In this document: positions 11,116-21,226 of the stretch, piece by piece
Position numbering within the stretch: position 1 is the first letter of the stretch
Layout of the letters: the number at the start of each line of letters is the position of its first letter
Source: Microcystaceae cyanobacterium
GTDB lineage: Bacteria > Cyanobacteriota > Cyanobacteriia > Cyanobacteriales > Microcystaceae
DNA: 64,000 bases
Direction of reading: 5' to 3'
Assembly (NCBI GenBank): GCA_041746575.1
Contig: JBGTGT010000011.1
Span: forward strand, 64,001 to 128,000
Notes under the pieces: generated by a model
What the model saw: the letters and a program-made list of their open reading frames with translations, nothing else
Told to the model about the DNA's origin: nothing
The model's database searches: none
Translations under genes and position numbers: made by a program

Positions 11116-11982
11116 ATGTTAAAGCCTGTTTTTCTATTATTTAACTTACTTTCTTTTTTGCTGGCATCCTGTACTCCTTATCCTCCAATGAATGCCAAAG
11201 AAACACCCCAATTAAAGTATGAAAAATATCAATTAGAAGGTACAACTTTATATACCCTTTTAATCCCTGCTCATCCGAATTATAATGTCTCGGTTGCCTC
11301 TGCTTCGTCTTTAAAAACCTTAGAGCAATTTGCACAATCTTATTCAGCCATTGCCGTCTTGAATGGCGGTTTTTTTGACCCCAAAAATGGAAAAACCACA
11401 TCTTATCTTGTTCAAGAAGGTCACTTAATAGGTGATCCCCGCCAAAATGAAAGATTGATCAATAATCCTGATTTAAAACCCTATTTAAACCAAATTTTGA
11501 ATCGTAGTGAATGGCGACGGTACCAATGTGGTCAGTCAATAAAATATGCGATCGCTTTTCATCGTGATCCCATTCCCCCCCATTGTCAACTAAAAGAAGC
11601 CCTAGGAGGTGGCCCTCGAATTTTACCCCAAATAGAAGCGAAAACAGAAGCATTTTGGGAGCAAGACCGACAAGGTCGTGTGATTCGAGACGCACTAGGA
11701 ATGAATCAAGCAAATGCTCGAACAGCCCTCGGTATTATGGAAAATGGTGATTTATTTTGGGTAATGGCTAGTCAAACCCCTAGCGGGATCAGTTTACCTG
11801 ACCTAGCACAGTTTTTAAAAGAAAGAGGAATTAAGGAAGCGATTAATCTAGATGGGGGCAGTTCTTCAGCCTTTTATTCACACGGATCGCTAAATTACGG
11901 TAAACTAGATGCAAAAGGCAATCCTGTTCAACGTCCAGTCAAATCTGTATTAATTTTATCTGCGCCAACTCTGCTAAGATAA
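11116..11982 (+). CDS. Phosphodiester glycosidase (NAGPA-like) lipoprotein
   Basis: Lipobox LASC; NGGFF, ARTALG, AINLDGGSS motifs. Confidence 0.85.
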   Translation: MLKPVFLLFNLLSFLLASCTPYPPMNAKETPQLKYEKYQLEGTTLYTLLIPAHPNYNVSVASASSLKTLEQFAQSYSAIAVLNGGFFDPKNGKTTSYLVQEGHLIGDPRQNERLINNPDLKPYLNQILNRSEWRRYQCGQSIKYAIAFHRDPIPPHCQLKEALGGGPRILPQIEAKTEAFWEQDRQGRVIRDALGMNQANARTALGIMENGDLFWVMASQTPSGISLPDLAQFLKERGIKEAINLDGGSSSAFYSHGSLNYGKLDAKGNPVQRPVKSVLILSAPTLLR

Positions 11983-12130
11983 GTTATTTTTAAGTAAAAA
12001 GATAATGCGAATTAAAATAGACTGCTATGGGTTAAAAAAGTTCTGATATTGCTGACCCTAGCAGGTGAAATTCAGTTTAAGATGGCTTCGCAGAAGCTGG
12101 ATACCTGTTCATTCCTCACTCACGAAGAAC

Positions 12131-12646
12131 ATGGCCGAGCAAACCTTCGATCTCGTTATTATTCAAACCATGGCTATTCTCAATCGCTACGGGTTTGACT
12201 TGAAAGGCTATACGCCCATGGAATTATTGTTAAAATGGGGAGAAAAATATTCATCGATTTGGATTCGATTAGCAGTGATTGAAGCACTATATCAGGGAAG
12301 ATATAAATCCATTTCGGTAGAACAGATTTTATCAAATTGGTTACGCAAAGGAAAACCGGGCGTTCATTTTAACTACGAATTTGAGCGACTCGTTTGTTCC
12401 GATTTACCCTATAGTAACGATCCGTCGCTTCTGGCTCAAAGTAAGCTTTATAACGTCAATGATGTGACATCAGACGCCTTATCCCCAGAAAATAAAGTCA
12501 ATCCTAATGTATCAAAGCCTTCTGAACCCAAACCGATTACTCAATTTATTCCCCTTGAAGACCATTCTCAATCCTATGCGAAACTAAGAGAAGTCATTCA
12601 CAAAGGATTAGAAGATAACACCCACCCACCCCCAAAGAAAGATTAA
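12131..12646 (+). CDS. Conserved cyanobacterial hypothetical protein
   Basis: YGFDL...WIRLAVIEALYQGRYKSISVEQIL..W pattern; ATG 12131 preferred. Confidence 0.75.
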   Translation: MAEQTFDLVIIQTMAILNRYGFDLKGYTPMELLLKWGEKYSSIWIRLAVIEALYQGRYKSISVEQILSNWLRKGKPGVHFNYEFERLVCSDLPYSNDPSLLAQSKLYNVNDVTSDALSPENKVNPNVSKPSEPKPITQFIPLEDHSQSYAKLREVIHKGLEDNTHPPPKKD

Positions 12647-14124
12647 AGTCGAACCGAAAAATTAGGGAAGCCCCATTGACCTCCCCAATCTTAATCTACT
12701 GTTGAATCGTAAAACCAGAAAAACCTCAGCGTTTAAACAATAATAGATTGACCGCTAAACGTGGTCAAATGCTACCCTTCAAAGGTTTCGTTATAAGTGA
12801 GTTTATAATCCCGCAGGATGCTGATAGCGACTTGTTCCCCTAAAAGTAGGGATTCTGCCCCATCCGAACGCCAGTGAACCCCCGCAATATTGCGGCCAGT
12901 CGCCACGTTAGAAGCCACTTTATTTAACTCATGACCGACAGTCAAAGGTCGTCCCGTATAAGGTTTGAGTTTTTTGCCACCAGACGCCAAATCCACCTGT
13001 ACAGGGTCTGGAATCCGCATATCCTCATCAAATAAGGCTTTAAGAATGGTCGTACGGTCGTACAAGCCCCAGCGACGGTGGCATGACCTGCCCCATAGGC
13101 TGGATGAGTCGGACTGCCCTCTGGGAAGGCTTGAGGTAGAAGATAGCTATTATATTTAGCGTTAACTTTGCTCACCGCATCAGAATTTAATGCTTGGGGA
13201 TGAATGGGATAATTCGCCATATTGGTTTTAACCGCATGAATGCGACCACCAAAGGCTTCAGGACGAAGGCGACGATGCACATACCATTTTTGAAACCAAA
13301 CCGCCTTAAGAGCGCGGGTGGCTACTTCCGTTAGAAGTCCAATATAAAAAGGACCACCAAAGGTCGCAAAGGCATCTTGGGTTGTTAAACGTAAGTAAGG
13401 ATTCCCTGCATCAAATTGTCCGCCAATACCGCCGCCAACGGGACTAGGAGAGTCTGGACCAGCTAAGAGAATTAAACAAGCATTAAAATAAGCTTGGAAT
13501 AACACATCCACATGAGCCCATTGAGAAAGATCCCGTCCATTACGGATATAAACAGGAGTCGGCTCAAAATCTCCTGCGGCAAAACTTTGTTCTTCACCCC
13601 GTTGCACTTTTAACCAGTCGTCAAAGGTGGTCATAAAGTCTTTACCCGAGAGAATCGTTCGCATCAATTATTCATAACCCTGAGCTCCAAAAGGAACGGG
13701 TTTGAGCAAAAATTGGGAAATATAGGGGCCATTGCGCGCGCCGAGTAAGCGATCGCGGAAAAGAGTTTGTGGGGTGATTTTGCCCCCTTCTCTTAACCCT
13801 TTAAAAGATTCCAAGCGACTTAGTTCGGCGGCAGCCGCTTGTGCTAGGGGGTGGGTTTCATATTCATCAAACGCAACATCTCGTAGCAAAGCCATCCAGT
13901 AATTTTCCACGATTTCGGCTGCTTCTTCAGCACTGTTAAAGCGAGGAGCTGGGGGAATACTGAGTGAATGAGAATCCGCACCTTCTGTGTCAAACGCTAA
14001 CCTTCCTTGAGGATTAATAAATTTTCGCGCTCCTACTAAGGGAATTTTCTCAAAAACCTGCGAATTACCGCTACTGAGGGCGTCAATCAAGGCTTGATAG
14101 GCCATGACATCGACTTCCCCGTTA

Positions 14125-14300
14125 TCTTGATGGGGAGTCCTTTGTTGACACTCCCGCGGGTGAACCGCGCGGGATTCTTCTCTCACAGGCTCTTATCTAG
14201 CCAGCCAAAGGCTGACCCCGACAGAACGCCTCCAGAAGCTATTTCATTCACGGGCTGTCCGACCGCTACTAGACCCCGATTTCTTATTACTTGACTAGCT
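14125..14300 (-). ncRNA. Predicted TnpB omega/reRNA (right-end RNA plus flanking guide)
   Basis: Inferred from TnpB biology: overlaps the tnpB 3' end and right-end hairpin; guide would be the flank CAAAGGACTCCCCATCAAGA; 5' boundary is a guess. Confidence 0.55.
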
Positions 14301-15465
14301 GCTACGTCCCTATTAGTTTGATATCCACATGACCGACAAGAATGAACCCGATCTGATAGGTTTTTTTTGCCTGAATGTGTATTGCAATTAGGACAAATCT
14401 GACTGGTATAGTCTTTATCTACTTTGAGAAAATAGACATCTCTTTTCCAGCAGACATAAGCCAAGATATTAAAGAACTGACCAAAACTAGCATCTAAAGT
14501 ATACTTGCCAAATAATCCTTTCGCCCAAGCTTTAAAGTTGATATCCTCAACAAATATCATTCCCGCTTGGTCACAAAGACGATGAGCTAATTTAAAATGC
14601 CAGTCTTTTCGAGTATCGTGAATTTTTTGATAAAGTCTAGCTATCTTAGCTTGAAGTTTTCGCCAATTACTAGACCCCTTTTTCTTGTTCTTTAATCGCT
14701 TTTGCAGTGATTTCAACTTGCCATAAAGCTGATTAAAAAATCGAGGTCTTTTGACTAATTCTCCATCGCTAGTAGCTAAATAAGAATCAAGTCCAATATC
14801 TACTCCCAAGGGATGACCATGAATCGGTACATTGGGAATATTAACAGCTAGTTGATAAACTAACTGAACAAAATAACCTGATGCCCGTTTAACCAGCCTA
14901 ATTTGCTTTAAAAGAAAGCCATCAGGAAGCGATCTAGACATTCTCATTTTAACCTTGCCAATTTTAGGCAGGTCAACCCATCCATCCCCGACCAAAGTAT
15001 TTTTGACACTGGGATAGACAAAACTTCTCATCTGCTTTTTAAAACGGGGAAACCCGAACCCTCTCTCCCACATATTGACAAATGCAGCCTCTAATTGTCT
15101 TAAGGTTTGTTGCAAGATTTGGGAGTGAGGAATGGTTAAATCAGGACACCGCTTTTTAGCTTCAGTCAGAGATTTGCATTGGGAGTTATAGGTAGGTCTG
15201 GCAGTATTCGGACTGATTATGTATTCAGAATGAATTGAACAAGCATTAACGGGTGACTTACGACTATTGGCCCAATCCTTCCTTTCTCGAAGTGCATAGT
15301 TATAGACTTTTCTGCACGTCTCAAGGTATGTCTCAAATTGTTGAATTTGGGACTTGGTTGGTTGCAGCTTATAGTCGTAAGTCATAGTGATCATGCTTCA
15401 AATATAGCTTACTTAATAAATAAATGTCAGCTTATTAAGTAACAAATTCACGCCCCCTAAAGGGG
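14145..15465 (-). mobile_element. Non-autonomous IS200/IS605-family (IS1341-like, tnpB-only) element
   Basis: tnpB ORF; right-end hairpin TCCCGCG/CGCGGGA followed by GTGTCAA ending at 14145; left-end hairpin remnant CACGCCCCCTAAAGGGG near 15449-15465; no tnpA; left boundary approximate. Confidence 0.85.
14183..15394 (-). CDS. tnpB: RNA-guided endonuclease TnpB
   Basis: N-terminal YKLQP HTH region; RuvC-I GVDIGL, RuvC-II FVED, Zn finger CPNC/CRSC, RuvC-III RDVAAS. Confidence 0.95.
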   Translation of the reverse strand: MITMTYDYKLQPTKSQIQQFETYLETCRKVYNYALRERKDWANSRKSPVNACSIHSEYIISPNTARPTYNSQCKSLTEAKKRCPDLTIPHSQILQQTLRQLEAAFVNMWERGFGFPRFKKQMRSFVYPSVKNTLVGDGWVDLPKIGKVKMRMSRSLPDGFLLKQIRLVKRASGYFVQLVYQLAVNIPNVPIHGHPLGVDIGLDSYLATSDGELVKRPRFFNQLYGKLKSLQKRLKNKKKGSSNWRKLQAKIARLYQKIHDTRKDWHFKLAHRLCDQAGMIFVEDINFKAWAKGLFGKYTLDASFGQFFNILAYVCWKRDVYFLKVDKDYTSQICPNCNTHSGKKNLSDRVHSCRSCGYQTNRDVAASQVIRNRGLVAVGQPVNEIASGGVLSGSAFGWLDKSL

Positions 15466-15483
15466 AGGTAGTTCCGTTGGCAA

Positions 15484-15524
15484 GCCAGCGCGGTCTTGTT
15501 GGTCTCCAACAAAGAGCGGCTGGC
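15484..15524. repeat. Short GC-rich hairpin repeat at the IS left end
   Basis: GCCAGC...TTGTTGG-tct-CCAACAA...GCTGGC stem-loop; resembles small dispersed cyanobacterial repeats. Confidence 0.55.
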
Positions 15525-15960
15525 GCGGGCTCCCCGACATAAGGAGGCACTTTTGTTGGGGTAACGTTTGTCATCCCCATTATTGCTTTGCTCGAAAATG
15601 GGCGCAGTTCGATAAGCGGTGGCAGTTTTAACCCGATTTTAAAATGCGATTTCTCGACGTTCTGCAGACGTTAAAGGACCTAACGGAAGTTGCATATACT
15701 GCGTAACCTCACTTGGTTAAATGAAGGATTGAAAGTTGATTAAATTAATACTCCAATCTCTATCCGTAAAATTTCTGATCAGAAACGGGGAAATTTTTCA
15801 AACCTTAAATACAATACTTTTTTACTAGAAAAATGAGATTTGTTGACAAAATTTAATATCTAATTCGTAATGAATTGTCACAAAACGTCACAGGGGCTGA
15901 AATTGAACACAACTCAGGATAAACTACTTTAAGATATTTTTAGAATCAAATTGCCATCCC

Positions 15961-16446
15961 ATGAGCGTAGTTAGTCAAGTCATTCTCAAAGCCGACGATG
16001 AACTTCGTTACCCCAGTAGCGGAGAGCTTCAAGGGATTCAAGCCTTTTTAAAAACAGGAGCGCAAAGAATCCGCATCGTAGAGACGTTAACCGAAAACGA
16101 GAAAAAAATCGTTGATCAAGCCCAAAAACAACTATTTAAGAAACGCCCTGATTTTAGAGCGCCAGGGGGAAATGCTTACGGTCAACGCCAGTATAATCAA
16201 TGTTTACGGGATTATAGTTGGTATTTGCGCCTAGTGACCTATGGGGTTCTCGAAGGAGATAAGGAATCCCTGGAAAAGATCGGATTAGTCGGGGCTAAAG
16301 AGATGTATAACTCTCTCAGTGTCCCCCTGCCTGGAATGGTGGAGGCTATTCGTTCTCTGAAAGATGCCGCCCTTGGATTACTCAGTAATGAGGATGCGGC
16401 TGAAGCCGGTCCTTATTTTGACTTCATCATTCAAACCATGTCCTAA
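15961..16446 (+). CDS. apcD: Allophycocyanin alpha-B subunit
   Basis: [22 protein letters not shown]; chromophore Cys in QCLRDY.WYLRL. Confidence 0.95.
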   Translation: MSVVSQVILKADDELRYPSSGELQGIQAFLKTGAQRIRIVETLTENEKKIVDQAQKQLFKKRPDFRAPGGNAYGQRQYNQCLRDYSWYLRLVTYGVLEGDKESLEKIGLVGAKEMYNSLSVPLPGMVEAIRSLKDAALGLLSNEDAAEAGPYFDFIIQTMS

Positions 16447-16457
16447 AACACTGATTT

Positions 16458-16491
16458 GGGGTACGATATTCGCTATCTGTACCCTTTTTTT
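16458..16491 (+). terminator. Rho-independent terminator after apcD
   Basis: GGGTACGATA-loop-TATCTGTACCC followed by a T run. Confidence 0.7.
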
Positions 16492-16497
16492 GTCGGT

Positions 16498-17022
16498 ATG
16501 ACATGGTTTAAGAAAAATATCACTTTTTTATCTTGCCTCCTGTTAGTGATGACTTACGGGGCGTTTGGTTGGCTGGTGGAAGAAAATAACCCCTTGTTTC
16601 AAGGCATCATTTTAGAACAAGGCAGACGGTGGCAATGGCATCAGATTTTACACTGGATTCATTTAACGGAAGAAGCCGCAACCATAGGGTTAGTTTATAT
16701 TTTAGCGGCTATTAATATTTTGGCAATTGTAATGGGACTGATCGCCCCAGTTACCTTAATTACCATTGCGTTTGGCAGTAGTTTTCAGTCGGATGCGGGT
16801 TCGATTATCTCTATTTTATTATGGTCTTTTGCGGTTGTTTTTTTAATACGTTGGGTAGGTTATTTCGCTCAGTTACTTTTGCTAGTGTGTGCGGCAATTT
16901 TAGTAAAATTAGACTTACAGGATAATGGTTATTCTAACTGGCAAGTGAGTAGCGCGATTGCCCTTTTATCTTTTCTAGGCTTTATACTGGGGATAGTGGG
17001 TCACAAAATAGGGCTGACTTAA
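16498..17022 (+). CDS. Hypothetical membrane protein
   Basis: Several hydrophobic helices; ATG 16498 preferred. Confidence 0.75.
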   Translation: MTWFKKNITFLSCLLLVMTYGAFGWLVEENNPLFQGIILEQGRRWQWHQILHWIHLTEEAATIGLVYILAAINILAIVMGLIAPVTLITIAFGSSFQSDAGSIISILLWSFAVVFLIRWVGYFAQLLLLVCAAILVKLDLQDNGYSNWQVSSAIALLSFLGFILGIVGHKIGLT

Positions 17023-17040
17023 AGATTATTTATCATTATC

Positions 17041-17607
17041 ATGTCTGAACAAAAGTCTCGCAAAAACCTCCAAAAAATCATTATTATTGCCTCTGCTTTA
17101 GCTTTGTTGGGCGTTAGTATTATCCCTTTTTTAGGTCAATTAACGGGGCAATCAGAGCCTAATCCCCCTGATTCTGCTGTTGACAATAACAATCTATCTC
17201 CTTCAGAAAACGAATTATTACAATCTCAGGAAAAGGGCTACGAAGCGGTTTTAAAAAGAGAGCCTAACAATCAGTCGGCTTTGCAAGGATTGGTTCAAGC
17301 CAGAGTGCAAATGAATCATTTTCATAGCGCAAAAGAACCGATGGAGACGTTATTAAAACTAGATCCCGAAAATCCCGGTTATTTACAGGCTTTAGCTCAA
17401 ATAAATCTAAAAAATAACGATATTGAAGGCGCACTTTCTCCTCTTGAAAAGTTAGCTAAAATTTATCCCGAAAATAAGGAAATTACAACGATTATCGATA
17501 CCCTCAAAAAAGCACAAAAAGGCGAATTTCCGAGCGCACAACCTCCCTCCTCAACCTCACCAGCGACGCCCAATCCTGCCATTCCCCTTCCCCCTCCTCA
17601 ACCCTAG
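17041..17607 (+). CDS. Membrane-anchored TPR protein
   Basis: N-terminal TM; GYE.VL.REP.N..AL.GLV TPR pattern; Pro-rich tail. Confidence 0.8.
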   Translation: MSEQKSRKNLQKIIIIASALALLGVSIIPFLGQLTGQSEPNPPDSAVDNNNLSPSENELLQSQEKGYEAVLKREPNNQSALQGLVQARVQMNHFHSAKEPMETLLKLDPENPGYLQALAQINLKNNDIEGALSPLEKLAKIYPENKEITTIIDTLKKAQKGEFPSAQPPSSTSPATPNPAIPLPPPQP

Positions 17608-17647
17608 TCAGCAAACCCTGATTCATCACTCGTCACTCATCATTCAA

Positions 17648-18475
17648 ATGTTAATTCAATGGTATCCCGGGCATATCGCCAAGGCAGAAAAAGAATTAAA
17701 AGAGCAGTTAAAACGGGTAGATGTCGTTTTAGAAGTCTTAGATGCTCGTATTCCGGTTACTTCTCACCATCCTCGAATGATGGACTGGATTGGGGAAAAA
17801 CCCCGTATTATCGTCTTGAATCGAGTAGATATGATTCCTGACTCGGTTTTACAGAATTGGTTAATGTGGTTCAAGTCTCAAGGAGAACACGCTTATTGTA
17901 CAAATGCTAAGCAGGGAGATGGCGTTAAATCCGTCTTAAAGGCGGCTCAAAATCTGGGAAAAAGCTTAAATCAGCGCAGAATTGACCGAGGAATGCGGAT
18001 TCGTCCGGTGCGAGCAGTTGTGGTCGGTTTTCCCAATGTAGGGAAATCAGCGTTAATTAACCGTTTGTTAGGCAAAAAGGCGGTAGAAAGTGCAAGACGG
18101 GCAGGAGTCACTCGTCAGTTACGCTGGGTACGCATCTCTGATGAAATTGAACTATTGGATGCCCCCGGTATTATTCCTGCAAGGTTAGATAATCAAGAAG
18201 ATGGGGTGAAACTGGCAATTTGTGAGGATATTGGAGAAGCAGGCTATGATAACCAACGAATTGCGGCGATGATGGTTGATTTACTGACAGATTTGGGCTT
18301 TAGTGACGTTTTGCAACGACGTTATGCTTTAGATCCTCTTTCAATGACAGGAGAAAGCTATATTGAGGAATTCGCTAATCTTCGCTATAAACAGGATAAA
18401 GAAAGGGCATCGGTGCAATTATTAAATGATTTTCGTAAAGGATTCTTAGGTAAAATTCCCCTTGAATTTCCCTGA
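17648..18475 (+). CDS. rbgA: Ribosome biogenesis GTPase RbgA/YlqF
   Basis: IQWYPGHIAKA, DARIP, GFPNVGKS, LLDAPG. Confidence 0.95.
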   Translation: MLIQWYPGHIAKAEKELKEQLKRVDVVLEVLDARIPVTSHHPRMMDWIGEKPRIIVLNRVDMIPDSVLQNWLMWFKSQGEHAYCTNAKQGDGVKSVLKAAQNLGKSLNQRRIDRGMRIRPVRAVVVGFPNVGKSALINRLLGKKAVESARRAGVTRQLRWVRISDEIELLDAPGIIPARLDNQEDGVKLAICEDIGEAGYDNQRIAAMMVDLLTDLGFSDVLQRRYALDPLSMTGESYIEEFANLRYKQDKERASVQLLNDFRKGFLGKIPLEFP

Positions 18476-18527
18476 AGAAAAATGACTTCTATAATGAGTG
18501 AATAGAGAATCACCCTCAATCTGTCCT

Positions 18528-19641
18528 ATGGAAACATCCGAATTAAAAAGAGAAATCGAGTCTGTTAATTTACACCTGAGTTCTGCTCAGGACTATCTTT
18601 GACTTACCCGTTTTAAACGCAAAAATTCACGATTTAGAACAATTGGCTTCCCAAACTGAATTTTGGGATGATGCCACCCAAGCCCAACAGACGCTACAAG
18701 AATTGAATCAATGTAAGTCCACTTTGGAGCAGTATCATCAATGGCAGCGTAAGCTAGAGGATACCAAAGCCATCCTCGAATTATTGGAATTAGACGATGA
18801 CACAGCCTTATTAGAAGAAGCAACAACAAACTTAATTCAAATTAACCGAGAGTTAGAGCGGTGGGAACTTCAACAGTTATTATCAGGCATATACGACACA
18901 AAAGGGGCAATTTTAACGATCAATGCAGGGGCAGGGGGAACAGATGCCCAAGATTGGGCGGAAATGTTGTTACGAATGTATCGTCGTTGGGGAGAACAAC
19001 AGGGGTTCAAAGTGACGTTAACGGATGTTTCAGAGGGAGATGAAGCAGGGATTAAGTCGGCAACCCTCGAAATGGAAGGACGTTACGCTTATGGCTATCT
19101 TAAAGGAGAAAAAGGCACCCATCGACTGGTGAGAATTTCCCCCTTTAATGCTAACGGTAAGCGACAAACTAGTTTTGCGGGTATAGAGGTAATGCCGAAT
19201 TTGGAAGAAGAAGCTATCAATTTGGATATTCCCGAAAAAGACCTCGAAATTAGTACCTCTCGTTCAGGTGGCAAAGGCGGACAAAACGTCAATAAGGTAG
19301 AAACCGCCGTTCGTATTGTTCATTTACCGACAGGACTAGCTGTTCGATGCACTCAGGAGCGATCGCAATTACAAAATAAGGAGAAAGCCTTAGCAATTTT
19401 AAAAGCGAAGCTATTAATTGTCTTAGAAGAACAACGAGCGCAGGAAATTGCTGAAATTCGTGGTGATATGGTAGAAGCTGCTTGGGGTAATCAAATTCGG
19501 AACTATGTTTTCCATCCCTATCAAATGGTTAAAGACTTGCGGACTCAAGTGGAAACCACCGATATTACAGGAGTGATGGATGGAGATCTAGACAACTTTA
19601 TTGAAGCGTATCTAAAACAGATAAGTAAAGAGGAGAGTTAA
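18528..19641 (+). CDS. prfB: Peptide chain release factor 2 (programmed +1 frameshift)
   Basis: ATG 18528, 24 codons, then CTT TGA C at 18597-18603; +1 frame carries SPF and GGQ motifs. Confidence 0.96.
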
Positions 19642-19874
19642 TCAAGATCCCCTCTTCAAAAAAAGGATATTCGCGTTTGTCCTCGATAGGGTTAGAACGC
19701 TAATGCTTACAGGATAAGCATTGTGGGTTTCTCGTTTTCTAAAATGGGGATTCGAGCAAAATTTTTCTTGATTTTTTGCAACAAACTGTTACATTAAGAT
19801 AGCAGTTATCTCTGATATCCCCTCTGTCGGATCAGGGAAAACTAACACCAATAAGATGGAAGGGACAATTTCCC

Positions 19875-20060
19875 ATGACTCAATCCTCTACACCCACCGA
19901 ATCCCCTGAAGTAGCAGACGTTACGACGCCTCAACCGAGTTACGTCAAGCTGGCCATGAGAAACATGGTACAAAAAAAAGGAACCTCTATTAAGCACTAT
20001 CTATTAACCGTTATGGGTTTACTAGGCGCATTAATCGGTTTATCTTATCTCACTCGTTAG
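19875..20060 (+). CDS. DUF3285-like small membrane protein
   Basis: PSYVKLAMRNMV.K pattern plus C-terminal TM; usual position before ybeY. Confidence 0.8.
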   Translation: MTQSSTPTESPEVADVTTPQPSYVKLAMRNMVQKKGTSIKHYLLTVMGLLGALIGLSYLTR

Positions 20061-20071
20061 GACAGAAAACC

Positions 20072-20584
20072 ATGTCATCTGTGATTACTTTTGTAAAAAC
20101 CATTGAGGTCAATCTTCAAGGTCAAAGTGACGCATTGTCCTTAATAAAAGAAGATGATTGGCAAAACTGGTTTCAAATTTGGTTAAACCACACTTTGACT
20201 AAGACTTTTGTCCCTGAAGCAACTGGTTATGAACTCAGTCTTCGCCTAACAGATGATCAAGAGATTCAATCTTTTAACGATCAATATCGCCAGAAAGATC
20301 AACCAACCGATGTCCTTGCGTTTGCCGCCTTAGAAGTGGAAACACCCACCCTTGAAGGCTTAGATTCCCTCTATCTAGGAGATATTGTTATTTCCCTAGA
20401 GACGGCACAACAGCAGGCAACAGCACAAGGTCATTCCTTAGAAACTGAGGTCATTTGGTTAGCATCCCACGGATTTCTTCATTTGTTGGGATGGGATCAT
20501 CCCGATCAAAAACACCTAGAAGAGATGCTATTCCATCAGGAAGATTTATTAAATTTAATAGGCATTTCCTTGCTCTTGCGTTAA
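20072..20584 (+). CDS. ybeY: rRNA maturation RNase YbeY
   Basis: PTDVLAF, LGDIVIS, HGFLHLLGWDH. Confidence 0.95.
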   Translation: MSSVITFVKTIEVNLQGQSDALSLIKEDDWQNWFQIWLNHTLTKTFVPEATGYELSLRLTDDQEIQSFNDQYRQKDQPTDVLAFAALEVETPTLEGLDSLYLGDIVISLETAQQQATAQGHSLETEVIWLASHGFLHLLGWDHPDQKHLEEMLFHQEDLLNLIGISLLLR

Positions 20585-20655
20585 ACTACTGTTCAAAAAG
20601 AACAATTCCTTTTTAAAGAAACGGCCATTATTAATTCGGAACAAATTCACATCCT

Positions 20656-21168
20656 ATGAAATCTCCATTACTTATGACTCAATCTTCTAATTTCTCCACC
20701 ACAGCCTTTGTCACTGCCCTCCCTGCTACCCGCAGTCGCAAAATGTTCAAAAAAGCCTTGCCAACCTCAGAGTCTGCGCTCAAACGTCACAATGCGTGGC
20801 AGGTTGCCCCCAATTTGATAACCAGTTTTCGTTATGCTTGGGCAGGGGTACAATATGCTTTTCTGACACAACGTAATTTCCGTATTCATACCATGATGGC
20901 TTGTGTTGCCCTTTCTTTAGCCATTTATGTCCGTGTAGAAGCCGTGGCAGTCGCTATTATTTGTCTCACCAGTGCCTTAGTAATGGTCTTAGAATTATTG
21001 AATACCGCCTTAGAATCGGTGGTCGATTTAACGGTTGGACAAACCTATCATGAGTTAGCGAAGATTGCCAAGGATTGCGCCGCCGGAGCCGTCTTGATTT
21101 CAGCGATAGCCGCCCTTATTGTGGCAAGTTTTATCTTAATTCCTGCTGTTTTGGCTTTATTCGCTTAA
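20656..21168 (+). CDS. dgkA: Diacylglycerol/undecaprenol kinase family
   Basis: SFRYAW.G, NFRIH, ELLNTALESVVDL, AKDCAAGAV. Confidence 0.92.
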   Translation: MKSPLLMTQSSNFSTTAFVTALPATRSRKMFKKALPTSESALKRHNAWQVAPNLITSFRYAWAGVQYAFLTQRNFRIHTMMACVALSLAIYVRVEAVAVAIICLTSALVMVLELLNTALESVVDLTVGQTYHELAKIAKDCAAGAVLISAIAALIVASFILIPAVLALFA

Positions 21169-21226
21169 TTTTTTGATTAGATTTCTCGCGCAATTTTTCT
21201 GCTATTGCGTGACTTAGGCCGGAAGC

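Larger units (their letters stand above)
12733..15695 (-). pseudogene. Vanadium-dependent haloperoxidase (bromoperoxidase-like), multiply disrupted and split by an IS
   Basis: Vanadate motifs KWYVHRRLRPE, HPAYGAGHA, RNIAGVHWRSD; N-terminus MQLPLGPLT...NGDDKRYPNKSAS at 15695-15545; premature stops near 15640, 13668 and 12772; 8-bp duplication 13048-13063; 1-bp loss near 14133. Confidence 0.92.

Noticed and set aside
14145..14186. N-terminus MREESRAVHPRECQQRT of ORF 13668-14186
   Set aside because: Read-in from the IS right end; the true haloperoxidase start is at 15695
15539..15543. TTAT as the TnpB TAM / IS target site
   Set aside because: These bases may belong to the inserted mini-repeat, and rejoining the flanks does not restore the reading frame, so the TAM cannot be read reliably
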